Source of the DNA: a candidate division FCPU426 bacterium
GTDB taxonomy: Bacteria; Oederibacteriota; Muellerivitia; Muellerivitales; Muellerivitaceae
Direction: 5' to 3'
DNA length: 64,000 bases
NCBI GenBank assembly: GCA_963771075.1
Contig: CAVYSE010000024.1
Span: forward strand, 32,001-96,000
A program made the position numbers and the translations under genes. This document shows, piece after piece, positions 19,667 through 28,952 of the stretch. Within the stretch, counting starts at the first letter, position 1. Each line of letters opens with the position of its first letter. The notes under the pieces are model-generated. The model ran no database searches. It had not been told where the DNA came from and was given only the letters and a program-made list of their open reading frames with translations.

Positions 19667-20977
19667 ATGAATCGGAGTACCTTCATGAAATCATCCCTTC
19701 GTTTCGCCGCCATCGCCCTGGTCCTGTGCGGGTTCTGGGCGGGTTGTGGGAAGGGCCAGGATAAAAACCTGGTGCGCGTGGCCATTTTCAGCACCGACCC
19801 CTCGGTCATCCAGATCCTCAACAAGACCATCACGGATATCCAGGACCGGCACCCCGGCCTCAAGGTCCGGATGGAAAGCATCCCCTACGGGAATTTCGAG
19901 GAAAAGATCACGACCCAGACGGTGGCGGGTATCGCCCCGGATATCGTCAGCACCGAGGCCAGCCAATTCGTGGACCTCTACCTTCGCGGGGCTTTCATCG
20001 ACCTGACCCCCTATTTCCAAAAGGACGGGATGGACCCGAAGGATTACTATCCCACCGTCCTGAGCCATTTCAGCCCCGGGGGGAAGATCTACGCCATCCC
20101 ATCCGACCTCGCCCCCATAGGCCTGGTTTATTACAACAAGAAATTCTTTGACGAGGCCAAGGTTCCCTATCCCACCGCCGCCTGGAAATGGCCGGATGAC
20201 TTCCTGGCCGTCTGCCAGAAGCTCGTGAAAAAGGACGCCACCGGCAAGATTGTCCGCTACGCCTACATCGACCCCTACGGCATCAACGCGGTGAATTTCA
20301 TGCTTAGCAACGGCGGTTATTTCACGGACAACCCGGACCATCCCACCCGGCTTGCCCTGGACTCGCCCGAGGCGATGCAAGCTTACCGTTTCCGCTGGGA
20401 CCTGATCCACACCTACCACGTTTCACCCACCCTGAGCGAACTGCAGGCCTTCAGTTTCGGGAGCGGCGCGGAGAACATGTTCATGAACGGGCAGGCGGCC
20501 ATGATGGGGTCGGGTGTATGGCACACCCCCCACTTTCTTCAGAAAAAAGACCTGGACTTCGACGTGGTGGAGTTTCCGCGCGGGCCCGGCGGGAAGCAGG
20601 GCTGGCAATGCGGCGGGACCGGCTACGCCATCAGCAAGGATTGCAAAAATATCGATAACGCCTGGATCGTCCTGAAGGAACTGACGGGCCCTGGCGTCGC
20701 GGCGGCGGTCGCCGCTACCGGAATGATCCAGCCGGCCCTGGTCAAGGTGGCCAATTCGGACGCCTTCTTGAAAAGCATGGGCGCCGCCCACAAAAGCATC
20801 CTGCTGGGCATGCCCCAGAACGCCTATTTCACGCCCTTCATCAAGAATTGGAGCGAGATCTGGGACGGGCAGGTGGGACCGGCCATGGACCCGGCCTGGA
20901 TGGGAAACAAGAAGCCCGAGGAGATTCTTCCCAAACTGGTGGCGGACATCAACCGGAAGTATTTCAACCAGAAATAA
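19667..20977 (+). CDS. CUT1-type sugar ABC transporter substrate-binding lipoprotein
   Basis: Lipobox WAGC; APDIV, YAIP, VYYNKKFFDEAKVPYP and FMNGQAAM motifs; start codon uncertain. Confidence 0.85.
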   Translation: MNRSTFMKSSLRFAAIALVLCGFWAGCGKGQDKNLVRVAIFSTDPSVIQILNKTITDIQDRHPGLKVRMESIPYGNFEEKITTQTVAGIAPDIVSTEASQFVDLYLRGAFIDLTPYFQKDGMDPKDYYPTVLSHFSPGGKIYAIPSDLAPIGLVYYNKKFFDEAKVPYPTAAWKWPDDFLAVCQKLVKKDATGKIVRYAYIDPYGINAVNFMLSNGGYFTDNPDHPTRLALDSPEAMQAYRFRWDLIHTYHVSPTLSELQAFSFGSGAENMFMNGQAAMMGSGVWHTPHFLQKKDLDFDVVEFPRGPGGKQGWQCGGTGYAISKDCKNIDNAWIVLKELTGPGVAAAVAATGMIQPALVKVANSDAFLKSMGAAHKSILLGMPQNAYFTPFIKNWSEIWDGQVGPAMDPAWMGNKKPEEILPKLVADINRKYFNQK

Positions 20978-21033
20978 GGCAATGAATTAACCGCGAAGGA
21001 GCGAAGGAAAACTTTTTCTTGGCTGAACAAAAC

Positions 21034-21064
21034 AAAAGCCCGGCCCCTCAGGGGACGGGCTTTT
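21034..21064. terminator. Bidirectional intrinsic terminator
   Basis: AAAAGCCCG-GCCCCTCAGGGGA-CGGGCTTTT between convergent genes. Confidence 0.75.
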
Positions 21065-21086
21065 GTTTATTCGGAAAGAATCGGGG

Positions 21087-21788
21087 CTAGAACATCTCGA
21101 CGTTGCTGATTTCCGCGAAACCGGTCACGGGGTTCGCGAACTGGTTCACGCTTCCATTGCAGCCGATATAGAACCCGAACGCCTCCACCGAAGTGGGGTC
21201 GCTGGCCGCGCCCGTAAAGACGACCTGCTGCCAGGTGTTAGCCGCGTTGAAATTGGCCCAGGAGTTCTGGGCCCAGACCCAGGAGGAACCGCTCAGGGTG
21301 AAGGCGAAGCATCCCGGAGGAAAGTTGTTGGGGTTATCGGAGGGCAGGGGGTTGGTGCGGACCCATCCCCTGAACCCGCTCAATCCCATGGAGGTCCAGT
21401 TGGCCGCGGCGGCGTAATTGTAGCGAAACACAAGGTTCTCACTGCCGCCGTTCCAGACGATGCTCACGCCTCCCGCTTCCTGGGTGCCGTTGTAACCGGG
21501 ATTGAGGAGCATGAAGGAGGTCAAAAGGGTGGGTTGGACATAGGTGGTCCCGCTGCCTGAGGTGACGCTGACTCCAGTCCCGGAAGCGGTCCAGTTGCAG
21601 ACTTGCTCGTTGGCGCCCTCGAAGAAGGTGACGGGCACGGGGTTGCAGGTCGCGGTGGGGGTCGGACTGTAGGTGGGGGTCGGGGCGAAGGTCACGGTGG
21701 GGATCCCGTTATGGCAACCCGAGGCTACGACCAAGAGGGTCCCCGCCAGGATGAGAAGTAGGGGCACCATTAAGAGTATTCGCTTCAT
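21087..21788 (-). CDS. Lipoprotein with a Pro/Thr linker and a Trp-rich beta-sandwich (CBM-like) domain
   Basis: Lipobox ASGC, PTPTYSPTPTAT linker, ANTWQQVVF segment; GGAGG RBS. Confidence 0.7.
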   Translation of the reverse strand: MKRILLMVPLLLILAGTLLVVASGCHNGIPTVTFAPTPTYSPTPTATCNPVPVTFFEGANEQVCNWTASGTGVSVTSGSGTTYVQPTLLTSFMLLNPGYNGTQEAGGVSIVWNGGSENLVFRYNYAAAANWTSMGLSGFRGWVRTNPLPSDNPNNFPPGCFAFTLSGSSWVWAQNSWANFNAANTWQQVVFTGAASDPTSVEAFGFYIGCNGSVNQFANPVTGFAEISNVEMF

Positions 21789-21807
21789 CGACATCCTCCT
21801 CAAGTAG

Positions 21808-21821
21808 TTAAACCGGTTCCA
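21808..21821. promoter_or_regulatory. Putative LacI-family operator
   Basis: TTAAACCGGTTCCA just upstream of the lipoprotein RBS; the same core occurs upstream of the LacI gene. Confidence 0.55.
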
Positions 21822-21913
21822 ATCATCTGCCCCTATAGCTCCTGGGTGAATTATATCACCCGGGAACCTGGGGTTTTCCCTGTATTAGGCTTGAATTTTG
21901 AAAACCCCTGCCT

Positions 21914-24625
21914 TCAACCTTTACGCTTTTTCTTGGCCTTGGGCGCTGGAGACGCGGCGGGAGAGGCCGCGGGCGCTACTTGCGGGGCCTGGGCCACGAC
22001 CAGGATCGCCGAGAAGGCCGGTACGTGGATGGGCAGGGAAGCGCCCGGCGCCGGGTGCCTTCCCGAATCCAGGAGCCGGTATCCCAGGCTTTCGCTCATG
22101 GTATAGATCTGGTAACTCGTCGCCGCCTGGGGCAGGTTCACGGTGGTCTCGAAATCCTTGTCGTGGTTGCGGTTCACCAGGATCACGAAGTGCTTGGCAC
22201 CGTTGCGCGCCCCGAAGGAGTAAAGGTCGGGGTCGGAGGAGTCGCAGGGGACGTAATCGCCGCCTACCTGGGAGCCCTTTCCGTCGTAATTGCTGAAGAG
22301 CTGATGTCCCAGGTAAACATAACCGCCTTCCCAGGCCGAACCCCAGTCGCAGGCCATGTCCAGTCCTTCCCTCATATAGATCCCCATGGTGACAACCTGC
22401 AGGAGCCCGCCGTGGTAGTAATGCTGGCTGGCAGGGTAGTACTCGGTCATGGAGAGCTTGGTGCCGGGATAGTACTTATCGATCATCTTTTTCAGGTTGG
22501 GAATGAGCGGCCGCCAGGGATCGAAGAGATATTCCTTGTTGCCGGGTTGGGCGCACCAGCTTTCCGGGTCCTCAAAGGTGGGATCGTAAAAGATGCGCAG
22601 GGCGTCGAACTGCTTGGGGGTCAGGACCGGGTCGTAGGGGAAATCGCCCAAGACGTTCACGTTATCACCCTTGGCGTTCTTGGCCCAGACCTCCGGGAAG
22701 CCGTGGTCGTCCACATAGTCGATCAGGCGCTTGCCCGCCTTCTGGGAAAGCTTGTTCATGGCGTAGAGGTAATAGGCCAGCTGGGTAAAATCGCCGTGGG
22801 CCTTGCGTTCGGTCCATTTGTCCCCCTTGGCGTTGTCCCGGTCCCGGTAATTGGCCACGCCGCCGGGAATATAGTCCCAGGGGGAGCCCGCCAGTTCCAT
22901 CACGCCCCAAGCCGTAAAGCCGATCACCTGGGCTTCCGGGTCGACCTCCTTGACCGCGGTGGCGTAAGAGGCGTTCAGCTCCACCAGGTCCTTGTAGCCG
23001 ATGCCCTTGGGGCAGACGTCCCGGTGGTTGAATTGCCACAAGCCGGGCTCGTTGTCCATCTGGTAAAAGCGCACGCCACCCTGGGAGGCGGGCTTGAAGT
23101 TCTTCACGATGGTCTGCACCCATTCTTTCTGGAAGGCGGGCGTGGAGGGGATGTAATTGAGGTTCGGGTCGATGTCCCAGATCATCCCCTTCTTGTTCGC
23201 CAGCACCCCGTTGCCCGCCCCCTGGCCGTCGCTGGCCTCCTGGTCGGGATAGACGGAGGTGGGATAGGAGCAAAGCTCCTTGCCGGAAGTCGGGGCGGGC
23301 TTGGCCACCCAGCCGATGGTGGGGATGGTGATGATGGCCTGCGAACCCGCGTTGAAGCAGTCCTCGATGAATTGATAGTAGCGTTTGTCCTTTTCCAGGC
23401 CGCTCTTGGGGGGGCCTCCGGCGTTCAGGAAGTACCAGTCGTTCCCCTTGTTGTCCGCGTCGTCCTTCCAGTTGTAGTTGGTGGTGTCGTTGCCGCCCCA
23501 GCGGTTTACGGTGCCGCCCACTTTTTTGAGGCTGTCGGAGGCGAGGTAATTGAAGCCGTAGAGATAGGGGGAAATGGGGTGGTCCGCCCGGGACGAGACG
23601 GTCACGACCGCCTTTCCGACCGCGCGAGGGGTGAGGTCCACCGATGCGGTCTGGACCGCGGAAGACTGGGTTCCGTCCATGGCGCTCACGCCCACCAGGT
23701 GCGTCCCCGCCGCCTTAAAGAAGGAAAGAGGTAGTTTGGCGGAGCGCTGCTTGCCGTCCACCTCGCCCGCGTTCTGGCCGTCCACGGTCAACTGGAAGCC
23801 CGTGACTTCCTCCTCGGCGGACTTGTCCCAAACCACATAGACCCCTCCCGGGACGCTCTGCCAGCCCAGGTTGGAGACGGGCGTCACCATCTTGGCGTCG
23901 GTGAAATAAAGCTTGTCCAGGTGGATATAGACCGGGGTGTTCTCGGGGTAATCCCCGGCGAGGTCGAAGCGGACGATCTTGCATTGGGTGATGTCCAGCT
24001 TGGATAGGCTGGGGATAGAGGAGAGGGGGATGATGACCTGGGTCCAATCGGTTCCCAGCTTATGGCCGGTGGCGAAATCGCTGAGCTTCACGTTGCCGGT
24101 GGTGGCGGAATCGGTGGTGCCGGTGAGCCCCAAATTGAAATCCACCCCGGGGTTGTTGGTTTTGGCGTAAAAGGACAGGTATTTGGCGCCGGTAAGGTCC
24201 ACCGCTGACCAGTTCTTGTTGAAGGCGACCCCGCCGCCCGCCCATTTTTTTCCCCAGAATTTGTCGGTGGGGCTGGTGACCCAGGTGAACTCGTAGGAGA
24301 GGCAGTCGTCCGCGTTGGCCTCGCTGTCGAAAAGCACCCAATCGGGATGTTCGCTCAGCGTCTGGGCGTCGATCTTTTTCTTGCTGGGGTCCGGGCGCAA
24401 CAGGAAGTTGTGCGTGTCGCCCAGGCACACGATGCTCACGCCGCCCTTGCCGTCCTTGCCCGAAGCGTCATCCCAGGAAGGACCGTAAAACTGGATGGCG
24501 TCGGCGGGGGCCGCCGTGGATTTCTGCAGGGTATTCATCGACCGGAGGGCGCAGCCAACGGAAAGGACCGCCAAGATTCCGATCAGGCAAAGGGCTCGGG
24601 GGAGGGAATGCGGGCGAGGGTTCAT
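21914..24625 (-). CDS. GH44 endoglucanase/xyloglucanase lipoprotein with an N-terminal CBM-like domain
   Basis: Lipobox SVGC; ISPYLYGFN, RWGGNDTTNYNW, DWYFLN, MDNEPGLW..HRDV and YPGTKLSMTEY are GH44 motifs. Confidence 0.85.
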   Translation of the reverse strand: MNPRPHSLPRALCLIGILAVLSVGCALRSMNTLQKSTAAPADAIQFYGPSWDDASGKDGKGGVSIVCLGDTHNFLLRPDPSKKKIDAQTLSEHPDWVLFDSEANADDCLSYEFTWVTSPTDKFWGKKWAGGGVAFNKNWSAVDLTGAKYLSFYAKTNNPGVDFNLGLTGTTDSATTGNVKLSDFATGHKLGTDWTQVIIPLSSIPSLSKLDITQCKIVRFDLAGDYPENTPVYIHLDKLYFTDAKMVTPVSNLGWQSVPGGVYVVWDKSAEEEVTGFQLTVDGQNAGEVDGKQRSAKLPLSFFKAAGTHLVGVSAMDGTQSSAVQTASVDLTPRAVGKAVVTVSSRADHPISPYLYGFNYLASDSLKKVGGTVNRWGGNDTTNYNWKDDADNKGNDWYFLNAGGPPKSGLEKDKRYYQFIEDCFNAGSQAIITIPTIGWVAKPAPTSGKELCSYPTSVYPDQEASDGQGAGNGVLANKKGMIWDIDPNLNYIPSTPAFQKEWVQTIVKNFKPASQGGVRFYQMDNEPGLWQFNHRDVCPKGIGYKDLVELNASYATAVKEVDPEAQVIGFTAWGVMELAGSPWDYIPGGVANYRDRDNAKGDKWTERKAHGDFTQLAYYLYAMNKLSQKAGKRLIDYVDDHGFPEVWAKNAKGDNVNVLGDFPYDPVLTPKQFDALRIFYDPTFEDPESWCAQPGNKEYLFDPWRPLIPNLKKMIDKYYPGTKLSMTEYYPASQHYYHGGLLQVVTMGIYMREGLDMACDWGSAWEGGYVYLGHQLFSNYDGKGSQVGGDYVPCDSSDPDLYSFGARNGAKHFVILVNRNHDKDFETTVNLPQAATSYQIYTMSESLGYRLLDSGRHPAPGASLPIHVPAFSAILVVAQAPQVAPAASPAASPAPKAKKKRKG

Positions 24626-24667
24626 GGATGGCTCCTGGGATTCGTTTTCGAATAAGAATTAAATCTC

Positions 24668-24787
24668 CACCACAGAGGCACGGAGTCGCAGGGAAAAACG
24701 GATGATTGTTAAAACCGAAAATCAATCGGGTCTTTGGGCCTGCCGTTTTATGAAAAACCCTGAGTCTCTCTGCGCCTCGGTGGTAAA
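24668..24787. repeat. REP-like element (CACCACAGAGGCACGGAG ... CTCTGCGCCTCGGTGGT)
   Basis: Inverted pair; related copies at 7252-7282 and 43810-43976. Confidence 0.65.
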
Positions 24788-25117
24788 GAAGCATAAACAA
24801 ACAGTGAAAAACATTATAGGTTTTAAATTTTGAACAGGGAAAATTTCAATCCGTTCATTGAATAGGCGAGTCCTGCTTGGCGGGGTGGCTCGGGGGCGAC
24901 GCGCGGGTTTTCCATTTTCTAAAATAGACGGGAGGGGTGGAGCGATCGAACCCACCCCGTTCGGAAACTAACGGAAATTGTTTAATGATGTTTCCTGCCA
25001 GAGGGCCCGTTTGATTTTATTGGTTTTATATCGTTGGCCCTTTTAGTAAAGTAAAGTCCGTTGATTTGAAGGCTTCCGGGTTTTGTTCGGTTCAAACCGT
25101 TCCAATCCTCCGCAAAG

Positions 25118-25891
25118 GTGATTATGGTTCCGTCGAAAGTAACCTTCCCGTTCCTCTTCCCGGCCCTGGTTTTATTCATCACCGGTTGCGGTGCGGTTCT
25201 CATCAACGAGGGTTCCAAGGACGAACCCCTTTCCGACGGCCTGAAAAATCCCGAGGTCAAAACCGTTCAAGTGGCCGTGCCCCCCGACCAGTCGGTCATC
25301 AGCAATTTTGAGGACGGCCTCCCGCACATGAACCCCAAGTTATACGGCGCGCCCGCGGGGAAGTGGACCGCCACCTCGCCCGCCGGGATCATCGACACCC
25401 CCCTGGTGGTCGCTGGCGGAGCCAACGGGACCGCAATGGCCATCCGTGTCACCGGGACCCTCGTGAACAAGGGCGATAACAGCTATCCCGCGTTTCTTCT
25501 GGCGGGCAAGTTCAAACCCCGGGGTTTCTTCGACGCGAGCCCCTTCCACGGTATCCGCTTTTATTACAAGTGCTCCACCGACGACCAGGCTCCGAGGCAC
25601 CGGTTTTCCGTACCCATCGCCCCCACCGTTCCGACCTCCTCGGGGGGATCATGCACCGACGGCTGTTACAATCACTTCGGGGCGGACCTGCCCCCGGCGT
25701 CCGAATGGTCGAAGAAGGTTTATGCCTTCACCGACCTGCAGCGTGGTTCGGGGTGGGGTTCCCCGGTGACCCCACCGGATTTTACCGACCACCTGAAAGA
25801 GATCATCGATATCGAATGGATGGAAGGCAGTGAGAACGCCGCGGGTACCTACAAGATCGATTATTGGGTGGATGAGGTCGAATTTTTTTAA
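25118..25891 (+). CDS. Lipoprotein with a CBM11/CIA30-like domain
   Basis: Lipobox ITGC; ISNFED, FDASPFHGIRFYYK, YNHFG, W..FTDLQ..GWG and YWVDEVEF segments. Confidence 0.75.
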   Translation: MIMVPSKVTFPFLFPALVLFITGCGAVLINEGSKDEPLSDGLKNPEVKTVQVAVPPDQSVISNFEDGLPHMNPKLYGAPAGKWTATSPAGIIDTPLVVAGGANGTAMAIRVTGTLVNKGDNSYPAFLLAGKFKPRGFFDASPFHGIRFYYKCSTDDQAPRHRFSVPIAPTVPTSSGGSCTDGCYNHFGADLPPASEWSKKVYAFTDLQRGSGWGSPVTPPDFTDHLKEIIDIEWMEGSENAAGTYKIDYWVDEVEFF

Positions 25892-26030
25892 TGACGAGGC
25901 ATGAACCGCGAAGATGCGAAGAAAGCTAAAAAGGCTTAGGTTTTAGAACAAATTTTTGGCGATGGCCTTCATTCCGGAATTCGCGGGGTTGACGGTCTAG
26001 AAGTTTTAAGAAGTATTAATAAGGAATCGA

Positions 26031-28929
26031 ATGTTCGTGTGGATCAACAGACTAAAATTTTACATCCCGTTCATATCCGCTTGCCTTTTTTTAATCGGGA
26101 TTGCCAAGCCCTTATGGGCGAACCCCTTTGAGAACGTCACGCCCGACAGCGACCTTTACCAGCAGGTCAAGCAACTGGGGGATAGCGGCTTACTGGCCCC
26201 CGGGGACAAACAGGTGCTAGACCGTGGCCTGATCGTGACCCGTTTGGAACTGGCCCTGTATGTCGAAAAGGCCCAGAACCAGCTGGACGCCGGAACTCCC
26301 GTTCCTTCCACGGCGCCGGTGGCGCCCCTTCCAGCAGCCCCTGCTCCCCTTGCGCCCGCCGCCAACCCGGCACCCCCTTTACCGGCCGTGCCCGGGGCTC
26401 CCGCCGTGCCCGAGGATCAATTCGCCGCTCCACCCGCGCTATCACCCGCTCCCCCAGCCACTACCGCTCCCGTCGCCGCGCCAGCCATCGCGACCGCCCC
26501 AGTCGTACCTGCCACCGCGCCGGCGGTAACCGCGCCCGCTCCCCAACCCGCTGTCGTTGCTCCCGCAGCACCCGCCACCCTCTTCACCCCGTCCGCTCCC
26601 GCTCCGGCCCCGGTCGTGAAAACGGCTGTGGTGGAGTCGAACCCCAATGACCTGTCCCTTGCCCCGGAAGCACCCACGCCAGTGCTGAAAGAAGCCGCCA
26701 TGGCTCAGACCCCGGGTACGGCTCAAAATTCAGTCTCGGTTTACAGCGGACCCTATGTCGCCACCACGGTCAGCGCCGCCCTGAAGAAAAAGATCGCCAC
26801 CCTTCGACGGGCCCTGCGCGAGGAATCCGAATTCCTGACTACCCGGTTGGCGCTGGATGACCAAAGGATCGCGGATCAGGCCGCGGAACTGGATAAGCTC
26901 AGGACCGCTCAGGACGATGTGGAGGGCGCCTATCGCAAGGCGAACAAATTGAATGGCTCCACCCACCTGACTTACGAGTCCGATTTGCGGGTTGAAAACC
27001 TGCAGATCACTGGCCCCCTCGCCTTCGTGAGCGCCACGAGGACCAAGGAAGAAGCGAATATCGGGCTTTGGGCCGACCTGGGCGGGAAGGGTTCCATTAA
27101 CCTGGGGATTGACGGCACCGTTTACGACGCCAACGCCTCGAGCGGGCCCGGCTCCATTTATGTCAGCAGTCCATCCGTCAATTACGAATTGGACGGGATG
27201 CTGGGAAAATGGAACAGCACGGTGGCGGTGGAATATTACAATTCCGACACCGACTTGGGTGATTTCACCCGTGGAAGCTCCCCCGGTGCCCTGCGCTACG
27301 AGGACCCCTTCGACCTCAAGAAATATTCCGGCGATAAGAACCAGAAGAATTGGGACGATTACATTACCAACCTGACCTATGTTCCCAGCTTTACCTCCTG
27401 GAGCAATTCCAACAACTCCCAGAAAGTGTTCGATGGCCTTTACATGGTCGGCACCCAACTGCCTCTCGTGAGCAAGGACGCCAAGATCACCTTCCTGGTG
27501 GGCCGGGTGGAAAAGGACGCGAGCAAGTGGGAAGAGGGCCTCAAGTACACCCAGCCATGGTTCGACGGCCACCTTCAAACCTCCTTTTCCGCTGAGTGGG
27601 TGAACCAGAATTACGGCGCGGTCGCCAGTTCCTCCGTCTCTCTTACGCCCGTCATGGACCAAAAAAACTACGCGGCGGATTTCGGGATCGACCTGAAGCC
27701 GGTCTTCCTCGACGTTGAAGGCGGCTTTAGCCATTTTTACACGGGCTTATGGACGCCCCAGATGGGGGTGACCGTGAACGGACAGGCCCCGCTTACCTTC
27801 GAAGCGCCCAACGCCCTGGAGGCGCCCGCGGGGCAGGCCTCCCTCAACATCTATCCCCTGACCCTCTATTACACCGCCATCAGCGACAATTACCTCAATA
27901 CCCAGAGCAAGGTCATCCTGTCCGGCTTCAACCTGGCTCGTTACGGCTACGCCCCTTATAGCCCGGTCGCGGACAGCCAGGCCGGGTTTGTGGGCATGGT
28001 GGATGACCTCATTAGCGACCGCTACGGTTGGCGGGCCAACCTGGGATGGAAAGGGCGGCAGGAAGGCTGGATGAAGGACTGGCCCGATTTCCTGGACGAC
28101 ATCGTGGTGAATTTTGACGCGGCCCAAAAAACGGAATACAGCGTGATCCTGGACGAGGCGGGCGCCAACGCCATCGAGGCCTATCAACTGGTCTCGGTCT
28201 ATTACCCGGAGGACAACGGGTTGTGGGGCGATACCTGGTCGGGGTTCGGCGGTATCGGCTCGATGGGAAAGAGCTACATCAACAATATCGAAACCCTGCG
28301 GAACCTGGGAGGCTCCAACTCCCCCTTCTATAACGACACCCTCTTCGCCGGGAACAGCTCCACCCAGCGGATTCCCTTCATCATGCCGGTCTATTCCTCG
28401 CCGGGTGTGATCGAAACCAATAGCTCGGGCTATAACGTTTACAATTACCTGGACCACCTGAAGACCTTCAATTACATCACCCTCACCACCAAATTCCAGT
28501 TCAACAAGATGATGGAAATCGAAACAGCCTTTTTACGGCGGCTTCTTTTTCACCGACCACCAGGTTTCCGGGGTTTCCACCAATCCGCTATTTATGAACA
28601 TGCCGGACCCCAACCGGCCGGGCGCGACCCTGGGCCAGATCCCGAACCTGTTTGAGCAGACGGTTTACGACGGTTCGCTATTCTACCAACTGATGAGGAA
28701 CGTGAACCTGCTGGCCGATTACGGCGTGGAGTTTTGGAAATCCAATTACACCTACCCGCTCGTCGACTACCGAACCGATGCCATCGGCGCGGGCGTGGCT
28801 TACGACGTGCCCTGGGGAGGGTCCAAACTAGAAGCCCACTATAAGCACATCACCTTCCAGGACGCCGATGTGCCGCTGAACAATTACCAGGCGGACCAGC
28901 TGTACGTTTATTTCCTGATGCAGTTTTGA
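26031..28929 (+). CDS. SLH/coiled-coil/beta-barrel outer-membrane protein 1 (OmpM-like) with a long Pro/Ala linker; frameshift at ~28520
   Basis: Signal peptide; SLH-like FENVTPDSDLYQQVKQL..GLL..TRLELALYV; coiled coil; beta-rich body. It continues in the 28594-28929 frame and ends YVYFLMQF. Confidence 0.7.
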
Positions 28930-28952
28930 CCGAAAGGGATGAGAAAGCGGAA

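Noticed and set aside
21980..23734. 584-aa plus-strand ORF, and similar long antisense ORFs (3431-4666, 6190-7092, 15042-16145, 26730-27734, 37859-38842)
   Set aside because: Shadows of GC3-rich genes on the opposite strand; no recognisable motifs.
24927..24962. tRNA-like fragment on the minus strand (GGGTTCGATC)
   Set aside because: No cloverleaf can be formed; only a GGGGTGG/CCACCCC hairpin.
26290..26720. Pro/Ala-rich low-complexity stretch as a DNA repeat element
   Set aside because: Explained as a protein linker; no exact nucleotide periodicity seen.
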